A stretch of 64,000 bases of DNA from Arcobacter sp. Lineage in GTDB: Bacteria; Campylobacterota; Campylobacteria; Campylobacterales; Arcobacteraceae. This document shows, piece by piece, positions 1 to 9,718 of the stretch (positions are counted from its first letter, which is position 1; each line of letters opens with the position of its first letter). The position numbers and the translations under genes were made by a program. Where the stretch lies: contig PKUJ01000027.1 in assembly GCA_002869565.1 (NCBI GenBank), positions 34,368 through 98,367 of the forward strand, in the 5' to 3' direction. The notes under the pieces were generated by a model. The model saw only the letters and a program-made list of their open reading frames with translations. It did no database searches and had not been told where the DNA came from.

Positions 1-1
1 G

Positions 2-427
2 TGTACTTTTATCAATTGTGATTTATCTTTAGCTAGTTTGATAAATTCTGTTTTTAATGATGTTTCTTTCGAAAACTCTAAACTTATAGGATTGTCTTGG
101 AGTAAGTGTGATGAACCTTTTGATGTGAAGTTTGATTCGTGTAATATTTCACAGAACTCTTTTCATCTTATGGATTTGCGACAAATGAAATTTATCAATT
201 CCCTCATAAGAGACACTGGTTTTGAGGAGTGTAATCTTGAGCGGGCATTGTTTGATAATTGTGATTTAGAATTGAGTGTTTTTATAAATAACAATTTGCA
301 AAAAGCCAATTTTGAGACATCAAAAAACTACCTAATTGATCCAAAACAAAATGATATAAAAAATGCACAGTTTTCTCTTCCAGAGGCTTTGAGTTTTTTA
401 AGTTTACTTCCTATAAAAGTAAAATAA
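2..427 (+). CDS. pentapeptide-repeat protein (5' end outside window)
   Basis: The frame is open from the window edge. Tandem pentapeptide-like repeats are present (CDLSLASLINSVFNDVSFENSKL, CNLERALFDNCDLELSVFINNNLQKANF). Confidence 0.7.
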   Translation, partial: CTFINCDLSLASLINSVFNDVSFENSKLIGLSWSKCDEPFDVKFDSCNISQNSFHLMDLRQMKFINSLIRDTGFEECNLERALFDNCDLELSVFINNNLQKANFETSKNYLIDPKQNDIKNAQFSLPEALSFLSLLPIKVK

Positions 428-447
428 TTATAATTTGAAGGAAAAAT

Positions 448-750
448 ATGAAAGAATCAAGTCAATGTAAAAATATGAACGATATTAGAGAGGCTATTGA
501 TATTATTGATGAAGATATTGTAAAATTAATAGCAAAACGTTCTTTATATGTAAAAGAAGCTTCAAAGTTTAAAAAAGACGAAGAGGCTGTAAAAGATAAA
601 GAAAGAGTAGAAAAAGTAATAAAATCAAAAAAAAATTTAGCAAAAAGAGTTAATGCTTCTCCTGAGTTAGTTGAATCAATTTATAGAACTATGATTGATT
701 ATTTTATAAAAGAAGAGATGAAAGAGTGGAAGAAAAAACAACAGTTTTAA
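448..750 (+). CDS. AroQ-class chorismate mutase / isochorismate-pyruvate lyase-like
   Basis: 100 aa, all-helical. Contains IREAIDIIDEDIVKLIAKRSLYVKEASKFKK, typical of the CM_2 domain. Confidence 0.7.
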   Translation: MKESSQCKNMNDIREAIDIIDEDIVKLIAKRSLYVKEASKFKKDEEAVKDKERVEKVIKSKKNLAKRVNASPELVESIYRTMIDYFIKEEMKEWKKKQQF

Positions 751-812
751 AACTTTTTGATATTATATGAAATAGTTAATATAATTAATAACTTTAATTA
801 AAAGGGTAGAAA

Positions 813-1025
813 ATGTCTCTTACAGTTATGTTTGTTGTACTTTTTGCAGCCTTATTGCATGCAACTTGGAATTTTTTAGTTAAACAAAATAATGATAAAC
901 ATATAAGTATGTCTGCTGTAGTTTTAGGACATGCCCCTTTTGCTTTTGGAGCACTCTTTTTTGTACCTTTGCCTAATTTAGAATCTTTTTCTTATATCAT
1001 AATTGGTGCTTTGTTATATTATTAA
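813..1025 (+). pseudogene. truncated DMT/EamA-type transporter (N-terminal ~70 aa only)
   Basis: The start (MSLTVMFVVLFAALLHATWNFLVK) looks like a DMT-family N-terminus. The ORF stops after 2 TM segments, whereas full-length family members are about 290 aa. Confidence 0.5.
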
Positions 1026-1030
1026 ATAAA

Positions 1031-1126
1031 AATATAAAGGATATTCAAGAGTTAATAAATATTGCAGATGCTGATATGTATAAAAAGAAAAGAGAAAAAA
1101 AACTAAATAAGACTTCAATATCATAA
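1031..1126 (+). pseudogene. C-terminal relic of a GGDEF diguanylate cyclase
   Basis: Translates to NIKDIQELINIADADMYKKKREKKLNKTSIS*, which matches the conserved GGDEF-domain tail (compare ADKALYKAKENGRN at 63.4 kb). There is no upstream domain and no start codon. Confidence 0.45.
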
Positions 1127-1131
1127 AGATA

Positions 1132-2499
1132 TTATTTATTATAGTTCTCTATTGCTTTTACAGCTTCAACGGCTGCTGGAAGTAGGGCTTCACTCATAGC
1201 TGGATGTATATAAAGCATTTCTTTTAGATGTCTTATGTCGTTGTTTATATGCATTACTGTTAAGACTTGATGCATCATTGTTGAGCTTTCTGGTCCAATC
1301 ATATGACAAGCTAATATTTCATAATTTTTTGGATTAACTATAAATTTTGTTACTGGATATTTTAGTCTTGTTGACATGGCTTTCGCACTTGCTAGCCAAT
1401 TTGTTGTTGTGGTAATATGTTCTATGTTTTGTTTTTTTGCTTCTTGTTCACTTATACCAACACTTGCAATTTCTGGTTCTGTAAAGACTGCATGTGGCAT
1501 ATATTTAAAAGATAGAGGTTCTTTACAATCTTCTAATAAAATTTTACTTAAGTGATTTACTTCATATGCAGCTGCATGCTGTAACATATAAACTCCTGCT
1601 GCATCACCTACCACATAAACACCTTTTGCTGTTGTTTCAAAGAACTCATTTCTTTTTATATAGCCTCTATCATCAGTCTCTATTGAAGTGTTTTCTAGTT
1701 TTAGACTTGAAGTATTTGACTCTCTTCCTATAGCATAAAGTAGGGCTTCACTTGTATGATCTTTTTTTGTGCCATTTTTATTTTCAAGAGTCATTGAAAA
1801 TTGTTTATTTTTATATTCTACATCTTTAGCACTTGTATCAAACTCTATATTTACTTTTTTACTAAATTCATTTTTAAAGATTTCTTGTATCTCATGATCT
1901 TCTTTCCCTAGGATATTTTGGCTTCTTATAAGAAGAGTTGTTTTAATACCTACTTCAGAAAAAAATCCAGCTAATTCACAAGCGATAAATCCAGAGCCGA
2001 CAATAGTAATAGATTTTGGTATTTCTCCTTCTAAAGGAAAAATATCATCACTACTCCAAGCCTTTTCATGTTCAGGTTTTATTGGTTTTGTTCCTGTTGC
2101 TATTACTATTTTAGGAGCAGTGAGTTGCTCATTATTAATTTGAATTATATTATTAGAAACAAATGAACCAGTTCCTTTAAAAACCTCCACATTCTCATTA
2201 AATCTACTATTGTATTTTTCATCTATTTTTGAGATATATTCATTTGTTTCTTGGAAGATTTTATTTATATCTATTTTATTTATACTTGCATCTATAAAGT
2301 GTCTATTTGATTCTTTTATTGCATTTGCTACATGTGAAAAACCAAGTAATAGTTTTGATGGCACGCAACCTCTGTTTGGACAAGTTCCACCTAAAGTCGA
2401 TTTTTCTATTATGGCAACTTTTTTACCAGCTTTACCAGCTGTAACTGCCAAATTACTTGCTCGTCCTGCTCCAATTATAATTAAATCAAACTTTTTCAT
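1132..2499 (-). CDS. class I pyridine nucleotide-disulfide oxidoreductase (dihydrolipoyl dehydrogenase / glutathione reductase family)
   Basis: FAD motif IIIGAGRAS, redox-active disulfide GGTCPNRGCVPSK, NAD motif VGSGFIACE, and a C-terminal dimerisation region containing HIHPAMSE. Confidence 0.8.
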   Translation of the reverse strand: MKKFDLIIIGAGRASNLAVTAGKAGKKVAIIEKSTLGGTCPNRGCVPSKLLLGFSHVANAIKESNRHFIDASINKIDINKIFQETNEYISKIDEKYNSRFNENVEVFKGTGSFVSNNIIQINNEQLTAPKIVIATGTKPIKPEHEKAWSSDDIFPLEGEIPKSITIVGSGFIACELAGFFSEVGIKTTLLIRSQNILGKEDHEIQEIFKNEFSKKVNIEFDTSAKDVEYKNKQFSMTLENKNGTKKDHTSEALLYAIGRESNTSSLKLENTSIETDDRGYIKRNEFFETTAKGVYVVGDAAGVYMLQHAAAYEVNHLSKILLEDCKEPLSFKYMPHAVFTEPEIASVGISEQEAKKQNIEHITTTTNWLASAKAMSTRLKYPVTKFIVNPKNYEILACHMIGPESSTMMHQVLTVMHINNDIRHLKEMLYIHPAMSEALLPAAVEAVKAIENYNK

Positions 2500-2583
2500 A
2501 TGATAAGCCTTTTATATTTGTTTCATTGTATTATAAAAGTATTAATTATTTGTTTAGTCTATGATATTAGGTTTTTGGGTGAT

Positions 2584-2976
2584 TCATTTTACTTTTTGTA
2601 ATAGTCTATAGTTTTTATAGTAGTTTATAGTTTCCATCAAAAGGAGGGCTATTATTCCCATAATCCAGTAAATAAACCATTGAGAAATCATACCAATAAA
2701 ACCACCCTCAGAATAATAATCATATACTTGAAATAGCAAAAAAAATAGTATAGTAGACTTTAAAGAAACCTCACTATTTCTATTGAAATTTATTATTTCA
2801 TAGTCTTTTAGTTTAAATTTAAAATATAAAAATGCAAAACTAACAGGAATAAGCCATAAAACATAAAGATAATCTTCTTTTAGTATTTCTAATGTTTTAT
2901 TTTCACCTAATACATATAGATAAACTGTAATAATAGCTACAAAAGTTACTGTAAAAAGATTTATTGGTTTATTCAA
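2584..2976 (-). CDS. hypothetical membrane protein
   Basis: 130-aa ORF with about 4 hydrophobic segments and no recognisable motif. Confidence 0.45.
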   Translation of the reverse strand: MNKPINLFTVTFVAIITVYLYVLGENKTLEILKEDYLYVLWLIPVSFAFLYFKFKLKDYEIINFNRNSEVSLKSTILFFLLFQVYDYYSEGGFIGMISQWFIYWIMGIIALLLMETINYYKNYRLLQKVK

Positions 2977-3116
2977 AATATTTCCTTGTATTTTTGTGAT
3001 TTTATCAAATTAAAATAAAATATGAGATTATATAAAAAAGCTTATTTTATCTATCTATATTAAGCATTTATTGAGTAAAGTTATTTAAATAAAAATTTTT
3101 AATCAAAGGTAAATTT

Positions 3117-3404
3117 ATGACACAACGCCCTCTATTTAAATTAACAGAGCAAATAAACAATGAAAGAACTTGCGTCAATCATCTTCTTTTCCCTGCACAG
3201 TGTGAAACACTTTGGCATAGACATGAAAGAGATTATGTGATTGTCCCTATGCAAGATTGTGAGCTTTTGATGGATAGTGGAGATGGTGAAAAAATAATAA
3301 GTCTAAAATCAGGTGAATGTTATTATCGTGATGCTGGAGTTGAACATAATGTAATAAATCCTACCAATAAAGATATAGTACTAATAGAAGTGGAATTTAA
3401 GTGA
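3117..3404 (+). CDS. cupin-domain protein
   Basis: 95 aa with a cupin-like pattern (WHRHERDYVIVPM ... GVEHNVINP). Confidence 0.6.
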   Translation: MTQRPLFKLTEQINNERTCVNHLLFPAQCETLWHRHERDYVIVPMQDCELLMDSGDGEKIISLKSGECYYRDAGVEHNVINPTNKDIVLIEVEFK

Positions 3405-4015
3405 TCAGTTTAGAATTTTTATTAACTTCATTAGTTGTAGTTTTGATACCTGGAACTGGAGTGATATATACTGTTTCAATGGGTTTATTTATGGGAGCAA
3501 GAGCTAGTTTTTTTGCTTCTATTGGATGTACTTTAGGTATAGTACCATCACTTTTAGCAAGTATATTAGGTCTTGCTATTATTATTCATACCAGTGCCCT
3601 TGCTTTTCAAATAGTAAAATATGCGGGAGTAATTTATTTATTATATCTAGCATGGATGATGTGGAAATCAAGTGAATCCTTGTCATTAGATGAAAAAGTT
3701 GAAAAACAAAGTATGTTTAAAATAGCATTTAGAGGATTTTTAATAAATATATTAAATCCCAAGCTTACAATCTTTTTCTTAGCTTTTTTGCCACAGTTTT
3801 TACCGATAAATATGAATTCATATACAATTGATATGATGATATTAGGTGTAATATTTATGTTAATGACTTTGGTTGTTTTTATAATTTATGGTTTATTAGC
3901 AACTATAATTCGTGATTATATGATTAATTCAAAAATAATTAGTAAATATGTTCAACGAATATTTGCTGGAACTTTTGCTATATTAGGACTTAAATTGGCA
4001 TTTACTGAAAAGTAA
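3401..4015 (+). CDS. LysE/RhtB family amino-acid exporter
   Basis: 204 aa with 6 TM segments. Typical N-terminus (PGTGVIYTVSMG) and the NPK motif (LNPKLTIFFLAFLPQF). Overlaps the cupin gene by 4 nt. Confidence 0.8.
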   Translation: MISLEFLLTSLVVVLIPGTGVIYTVSMGLFMGARASFFASIGCTLGIVPSLLASILGLAIIIHTSALAFQIVKYAGVIYLLYLAWMMWKSSESLSLDEKVEKQSMFKIAFRGFLINILNPKLTIFFLAFLPQFLPINMNSYTIDMMILGVIFMLMTLVVFIIYGLLATIIRDYMINSKIISKYVQRIFAGTFAILGLKLAFTEK

Positions 4016-4040
4016 GAGTAAAACAAATAAACAATCATTA

Positions 4041-4238
4041 ACTTTACAAGGTGCTATTTCAATATCTTGTGTCTGGTGTTACCAAAGATTTGCAAAAAAA
4101 ATTGCTTGGTATGTTGGTTATGTAAAAAGTAAAAAGAGTGTTTGGTTTTTCGCCTTAAATGCTGATATCTCAAAAGAATAATTAAAATATAGAAAGCAAA
4201 TAGTACTGGAAGCTTTAAAAAGTAAAAATATAATTTAG
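4041..4238 (+). pseudogene. relic of a class D (OXA-type) beta-lactamase
   Basis: Reads SCVWCYQRFAKKI (SxV-box region, compare SVVPVYQEFARQI), then directly AWYVGYVKSKKSVWFFALNADISKE (compare GWWVGWVE..VWFFAMNMDM). An in-frame TAA lies at 4179-4181, followed by LKYRKQIVLEALKSKNII* (a typical OXA C-terminus). The STFK active-site region and the middle of the protein are absent. Confidence 0.7.
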
Positions 4239-4254
4239 TAAATAGGAATAAAAT

Positions 4255-4545
4255 ATGAATTCAGAAATATCATTAATCATTGATATCGTAGTAAAAGTTG
4301 GATTAAGAGATAAACAAATTGAAGCTTTTAACGAATTGTCTCCTCATGTATTAAAAGAAGAGGGATGTATTCAATATGAACTAAAAGAAGTACAAGGAGA
4401 TACAAATAGATTTATTATCCTTGAAAAATGGGCTTCAGAAGAAGCACTTTTAGCACATGATAAAACTGCTCATATGATGGAAGCAGAATCTAAAAGTCCA
4501 CTATTTAGAGAGAAAACAACAGTTTTAAAGCTTTTTGATATTTAA
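4255..4545 (+). CDS. antibiotic-biosynthesis-monooxygenase (ABM) domain protein
   Basis: 96 aa with a ferredoxin-like ABM pattern (EEGCIQYEL ... ILEKWASEEALLAHDKTAHM). Confidence 0.7.
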   Translation: MNSEISLIIDIVVKVGLRDKQIEAFNELSPHVLKEEGCIQYELKEVQGDTNRFIILEKWASEEALLAHDKTAHMMEAESKSPLFREKTTVLKLFDI

Positions 4546-4650
4546 AATAAAAAAAGATTTTTATAGAAGATTTCTGGATGATAAATCTACTGATTTATCT
4601 AAAACTAATTAATTTAGTAAAATTTAATAATAAATGTAAAAGGTTTTACA

Positions 4651-5145
4651 ATGGATATTCTTATGAATATAAGAGAAGCAAAAAAAGAAGATTTTGATGC
4701 TATTTGGCTTATTTTTAGTGAAATAGTAAAAGTTGGGGAAACCTATGCATACAATAGAGATACTACAAAAGAGCAAGCTTTTGAATTATGGATGGATACA
4801 CCTAGAAAAACCTTTGTTTTTGAAGAAAATGGTAATATCTTAGCTACATATTTTATCAAAACTAATCAAGCAGGACCTGGTAGTCATGTTTGTAATTGTG
4901 GATATATGGTTTCTTCAAGTGCTAGAGGAAAAGGATTGGCAACAGCTATGTGTAATCATTCCCAAAAAATTGCAAAAGAGCTTGAATATAAAGCTATGCA
5001 GTTTAATTTTGTAGCATCTAGTAATGAAGGAGCTGTACGACTTTGGAGTAGACTTGGTTTTGAGACAGTAGGGCGTTTGATAAAAGCTTTTAATAATCCA
5101 AAATTAGGTTATGTTGATGCTTTGGTTATGTATAAATGGTTTTAA
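4651..5145 (+). CDS. GNAT family N-acetyltransferase
   Basis: Acetyl-CoA binding motif (SSARGKGLATAM) and the tail NEGAVRLWSRLGFE. Confidence 0.8.
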   Translation: MDILMNIREAKKEDFDAIWLIFSEIVKVGETYAYNRDTTKEQAFELWMDTPRKTFVFEENGNILATYFIKTNQAGPGSHVCNCGYMVSSSARGKGLATAMCNHSQKIAKELEYKAMQFNFVASSNEGAVRLWSRLGFETVGRLIKAFNNPKLGYVDALVMYKWF

Positions 5146-5216
5146 TTAAAATTAATTTATGTTAATGACAAAAAAATTTTTTAATTTTATAATTTCGATG
5201 TTACAAGGAACAAACT

Positions 5217-6176
5217 ATGAATAAAGTCTATATAACAGATAAAATAACAGATCCATATATTGAAAAAGAGGTTTTAGGTGATGAAATATCATCTGAATTA
5301 CACGATGATATTGAAGTTTTGTTAGTCTGGCATAAAAAAATATCAAATGAGTATATAGATAAATTGCCAAACTTAAAAGCACTAGTTAGATATGGTGTTG
5401 GTTACGATGTTTTTGAAGATCTTGAATATATTAGAGAAAAAGGTATTTATGCTTCTAATACACCTGATTATGGAACAGAAGAAGTAAGTGATACAGCTAT
5501 TGCTATGATTATGAATATTGCTCGTGTGATTACAAGATATGATTACCAATGTAGGGATTATGAAGATGGTTCTTGGCAAGTAAATACTTTTAAAAATATC
5601 AAAAGAAATAGTGATTATAAACTTGGAGTAATAGGAGCTGGACGAATAGGTGGAAGTGTCATATTAAAGGCGAATGCCTTGAGGTTTCAAACTCACTTTT
5701 ATGATCCATATTTATCAGCAGGTACTGAAAAGATGCTCGGTGCTAAAAGATTTGATGACTTAGATGAGTTACTAGCAACTTGTGATATTATTTCTATTAA
5801 TTGTCCTTTAACAGCCCAAACAAATGCCCTAGTAGATGAAAACTTTATATCTAAAATGAAAAAAGGTGCATCAATAGTAAATACAGCACGAGGTCCAATT
5901 GTAAAAGATTTAGATGTCTTTTATGAGCCTTTAAAATCTGGACATCTAAATTGTGTGAATCTTGATGTTTTACCAAGTGAACCACCAAAAAGCGGCTTGA
6001 TGATAGATGCTTGGAAAGCAAAAGAGTCATGGCTAGACGGTAGGTTTCTTATAAATCCACATTCTGCTTTTTATAGTGATAAAGCCTATTTTGAAATGAG
6101 ACAAAAAGCTGCATTAAATGAAAAAAGAGTATTAGATGGTAAAAAGCCAATTAATATTGTAAATGGATTAGAGTAG
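5217..6176 (+). CDS. NAD-dependent D-2-hydroxyacid dehydrogenase family protein (CtBP-like)
   Basis: Rossmann motif GVIGAGRIGG, plus NTARG and a conserved catalytic-region pattern (NPHSAF). Confidence 0.8.
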   Translation: MNKVYITDKITDPYIEKEVLGDEISSELHDDIEVLLVWHKKISNEYIDKLPNLKALVRYGVGYDVFEDLEYIREKGIYASNTPDYGTEEVSDTAIAMIMNIARVITRYDYQCRDYEDGSWQVNTFKNIKRNSDYKLGVIGAGRIGGSVILKANALRFQTHFYDPYLSAGTEKMLGAKRFDDLDELLATCDIISINCPLTAQTNALVDENFISKMKKGASIVNTARGPIVKDLDVFYEPLKSGHLNCVNLDVLPSEPPKSGLMIDAWKAKESWLDGRFLINPHSAFYSDKAYFEMRQKAALNEKRVLDGKKPINIVNGLE

Positions 6177-6305
6177 ATAATAATAGCAATATTTGGATTG
6201 TGTGATTTTTTTCATTTGGTTATACTTCTTTAAAATTTATAGAGCAATTTTATACTATACTCACTTTTAATTATTGCCTATGATTCAGATTTTAAAGGAG
6301 AATAG

Positions 6306-7181
6306 GTGAACTTGAAAAGTATTTTATTAGCCTTATTAGTTGTTTTGATTTGGGGAGTTAATTTTTCTGTCATAAAATTTGGATTAGAAGAGTTGCCTCC
6401 TATACTTTTTTCCTCTTTAAGATTTTTTATTGTAGCTATTCCTATTGTTTTTTTTATACCTTTTCCTAAGACTTCTATTTGGAATGTTTTAGGAGTAGGG
6501 GTCTTTTTAGGAGTATTAAAGTTCTCTTTTCTTTTTATTGCTATGAGAGAAGATGCTAGTGCTGGAATCTCTTCTTTATTGCTGCAAGCCCAAGTTATTT
6601 TTACAATTTTGCTTAGTATGATTATTTTTAAGGAAAAAATCTCTTCTTCTCAACTTATAGGTATGACAATTGCTTTGATAGGTTTTTCTTTTTTCTTTTT
6701 TACTGTGAATACAAATATTACATTTTTTGGATTAGTTCTTATTCTAAGTGCAGCAATTTTCTGGTCTATATCAAATATCATAATGAAACAAGTTAAAGAT
6801 GTAAATCTTTTGCATTTTATGGTTTGGGTTAGTCTAGTTCCACCTTTGCCTCTATTTATACTTTCTTATATATATGAGTCCCAGGAGCCTTTGAGCATAA
6901 TATTAAATTCGAGTATGAAAACTTGGCTTTCTTTGGCTTTTACTGGATATATTTCTACCTTAGTTGCATTTGCTATTTGGGGATGGTTACTTAAAAACTT
7001 CAATGCTTCTGTAGTCACACCTTTTGCTTTGGCTATTCCTGTAGTTGGTATTATAAGTTCTAGTATCTTACTTGGGGAAGAACTGAATATTATTGAAACT
7101 ATAGGTGCTATACTTATATTATTTGGTTTATTTATTTCTGTATTAGGAAATAAAATTCGAAAGTTAATTTTAAAGTCTTGA
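6306..7181 (+). CDS. EamA/DMT family transporter
   Basis: 291 aa with 10 TM segments and the duplicated EamA pattern. GTG start. Confidence 0.8.
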   Translation: MNLKSILLALLVVLIWGVNFSVIKFGLEELPPILFSSLRFFIVAIPIVFFIPFPKTSIWNVLGVGVFLGVLKFSFLFIAMREDASAGISSLLLQAQVIFTILLSMIIFKEKISSSQLIGMTIALIGFSFFFFTVNTNITFFGLVLILSAAIFWSISNIIMKQVKDVNLLHFMVWVSLVPPLPLFILSYIYESQEPLSIILNSSMKTWLSLAFTGYISTLVAFAIWGWLLKNFNASVVTPFALAIPVVGIISSSILLGEELNIIETIGAILILFGLFISVLGNKIRKLILKS

Positions 7182-7266
7182 TTTTCTTGTCATAAAATTT
7201 ATTTTGAAGAATATCCTAACAATTATCTAGGTAAGATGAATATCGATATATAATTCAAGGAAAAAA

Positions 7267-7983
7267 ATGCTCGATAAAAGAACAATAAAACTTGCTGTAT
7301 TGATTGATGCGGATAATGCCCAAGCTTCACTTGTAGCAGAATTACTTGCTGAGGTTGCAAAATTTGGTGTTGCTAGTATTAAAAGAGCTTATGGCGATTG
7401 GACTACTACAAATTTAAAACAGTGGAAAGAACATCTTAATAAACATGCTATTCAACCAATTCAACAGTTTTCTTATACCCAAGGAAAAAATGCCACAGAT
7501 GCCTCTTTGATTATTGATGCAATGGATATTTTACATGAAAATAGTTTAGATGGTTTTTGTCTAATCTCTTCAGATAGTGATTTTACAAGACTTGCAACAA
7601 GAATTAGAGAGTCAGGTTTGATAGTTTATGGATTTGGTGAGAAAAAGACTCCCGAGGCGTTTATTGCTGCTTGTGATAAGTTTGTTTTCACAGAGATTTT
7701 ACGTGAAAAACGAGATGAGGAAGATAAAGATGAATCCAATAATGCAGAGTTGAAACCTATGATTTCTTCGGCAATTAATGCAGTCTCAAAAGATGATGGC
7801 TGGGCTAGACTTTCAAATGTAGGAAGTTATATTAACAAAAATAACCCTTCTTTTGATTCACGTAATTATGGATATGATAAGTTAGGTAAACTAATAAGAA
7901 ATTTAAATTATATTGTTATTGATGAAAGAAAATTTAATGATGATTCTAACAATGTTCACATATATATTAGGATAAAAGATTGA
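7267..7983 (+). CDS. NYN (LabA-like) domain protein with C-terminal OST-HTH/LOTUS domain
   Basis: N-terminal NYN pattern (LAVLIDADNA ... ISSDSDFTRLATRIRESG ... YGFG). The C-terminal WARLSNVGSYINKNNPSFDSRNYGYDKLGKLI is typical of LOTUS. Confidence 0.75.
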   Translation: MLDKRTIKLAVLIDADNAQASLVAELLAEVAKFGVASIKRAYGDWTTTNLKQWKEHLNKHAIQPIQQFSYTQGKNATDASLIIDAMDILHENSLDGFCLISSDSDFTRLATRIRESGLIVYGFGEKKTPEAFIAACDKFVFTEILREKRDEEDKDESNNAELKPMISSAINAVSKDDGWARLSNVGSYINKNNPSFDSRNYGYDKLGKLIRNLNYIVIDERKFNDDSNNVHIYIRIKD

Positions 7984-8010
7984 TATAGGAGGATTATCCT
8001 CCTATATTTT
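7983..8010. terminator. bidirectional hairpin between convergent genes
   Basis: TATAGGAGGA-tta-TCCTCCTATA is a perfect 10-bp stem followed by TTTT. Confidence 0.6.
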
Positions 8011-9586
8011 AATTACTTTTATAAGGTTTTTTTGTTGATAATCTACTATCAACTAATCCTCTTCCTATTGTAAAATGATAAAGTGATTGGAAGTGGTTTG
8101 TTTTTAAACCAACTGTTCCATGAAGTATATCATCTAAGAAACATCCTATTCCTGTAGCAGACAATTTTAGAGAAGTAGCTTCTAAATATAACTGTTGTCC
8201 AATAGCACCACAATCCCAATACAGTTGCTTGTATCTTGAAGCTCCATATTGTTCCAGTTGATTTGTAAATTCTGCTAACATTCCAAGTGTAAATGCTCCA
8301 TGGCTTGCGATATCTTGATTACAAGAAATTGCTTTTGATAAAAATTTAAAATCACCAGCTTCAAGTTTGTATAATTGACCTGCTTGTGTATCAACTTTTT
8401 CCCAAAGGAATTGCTCTTTAAATAGACTTTGTAACTGTACTTTATGATTTTCATTACGAACTAAAATATAAAGTCCAGCTTCAATATCAGTCACATTGTG
8501 TATAAATACAACTAGGTGTATTGCAGAGTTGTTTGATTTTACGGAAGATATAATAGTCTCAAACTCTTTTTTTGTGATATTTGCATCATCTTTGTCCATA
8601 GCTTGTGCAGAACGTCTATTTAATACAACATCTTTTGCTAAAAATGAAGTTTCTCTGTAAGTGTTAATTTCATAGATGTCATTTTTGTACTCTTTTTTAA
8701 TCAAGTCATCACTCAAAGTCGCATCTTCTATTTTTTCTAAAATATCCCACTTGTGCCAATCACGGCTTAATTGATTTGCTTTTCCTCTGTAAGTCTCTTC
8801 TAGTGTTGTTCGTATATTGTCAATATCTATTGTATTTGAATTATTTTTTGAATCATTATCAAAAGAGACTAATAATAACATATCAGGAAGTTCTCTTTCT
8901 TCAGGAACATATCTACTGCTTTGATCAAATCCAATTAAATTTTGGAGAGAAGAATCTTTAGTATTAAGAACTTCAATTTTCCAACCTAATATGGAAGCAG
9001 AAATTTCTAAAGCTTTTAAGGCATGTCCACAGTCGAGTTGTGTATATCTCCAAGCTCTTTCCCCATATTTCCAAGCTTCCCTCCATACAATAGAAGATAG
9101 ACAGACTAAGAAACTATTTTTTGGTAGAGTTAATTCTTCATTTGCATTTGATAATAATTCAAGGGAATGTTCAAGTGGTGAGTAATGAAAAAGTCCATCA
9201 TCAATACCTTGTATATCATTTGATATAAGATAAGCCTCACTTGGCTGTAGGTTTCCACTTGAGGCATTACATCTTAAAGCCCAAGATTGGTCACCATACT
9301 CTTTTATTGCAGCAAGTCCCAATGAGAATTGAAAAAATTGTGATATGGCTTCTTTACATAGAGGAGCTGAGATTATATCCTCTTTTTTTTGATTAAATAT
9401 TTGACTATATTCTAAAGTTTTATTTTCAAATGATAAGGGTAACTTTATTTTTCTAGTATCACTATACGTTCTATATGGATTTGGTTGTGTTGCCCAATCC
9501 ATATATCCTAAAGATCTTGCATATCTTTGTTGCGAATGTTTTGTTTCATTGTGGTAGTTATAAACCATCTGTAAGTTTTTATTCAT
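8009..9586 (-). CDS. SagB/ThcOx-type two-domain nitroreductase-family protein
   Basis: 525 aa. N-terminal YHNETKHS motif and two nitroreductase-like halves (RRSAQAM ... GIGCFLDD). Confidence 0.65.
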   Translation of the reverse strand: MNKNLQMVYNYHNETKHSQQRYARSLGYMDWATQPNPYRTYSDTRKIKLPLSFENKTLEYSQIFNQKKEDIISAPLCKEAISQFFQFSLGLAAIKEYGDQSWALRCNASSGNLQPSEAYLISNDIQGIDDGLFHYSPLEHSLELLSNANEELTLPKNSFLVCLSSIVWREAWKYGERAWRYTQLDCGHALKALEISASILGWKIEVLNTKDSSLQNLIGFDQSSRYVPEERELPDMLLLVSFDNDSKNNSNTIDIDNIRTTLEETYRGKANQLSRDWHKWDILEKIEDATLSDDLIKKEYKNDIYEINTYRETSFLAKDVVLNRRSAQAMDKDDANITKKEFETIISSVKSNNSAIHLVVFIHNVTDIEAGLYILVRNENHKVQLQSLFKEQFLWEKVDTQAGQLYKLEAGDFKFLSKAISCNQDIASHGAFTLGMLAEFTNQLEQYGASRYKQLYWDCGAIGQQLYLEATSLKLSATGIGCFLDDILHGTVGLKTNHFQSLYHFTIGRGLVDSRLSTKKPYKSN

Positions 9587-9718
9587 GGGATTATATTATC
9601 ACATCAGATTTAATAAATTATTAAAGATAAATAGTAAGTTTATAAATAAAAAATTCAAGAATTTTAGATATGATACTGAAAATAAAAATAAGAAAAAATA
9701 GAATAATATAGGTAGAAA

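Noticed and set aside
7267-9586. The NYN-LOTUS protein and the convergent SagB-like double nitroreductase, considered as a functional pair or RiPP-type locus.
   Set aside because: The genes are convergent and separated by a bidirectional terminator. No precursor peptide, cyclodehydratase (YcaO) or other RiPP genes are nearby.
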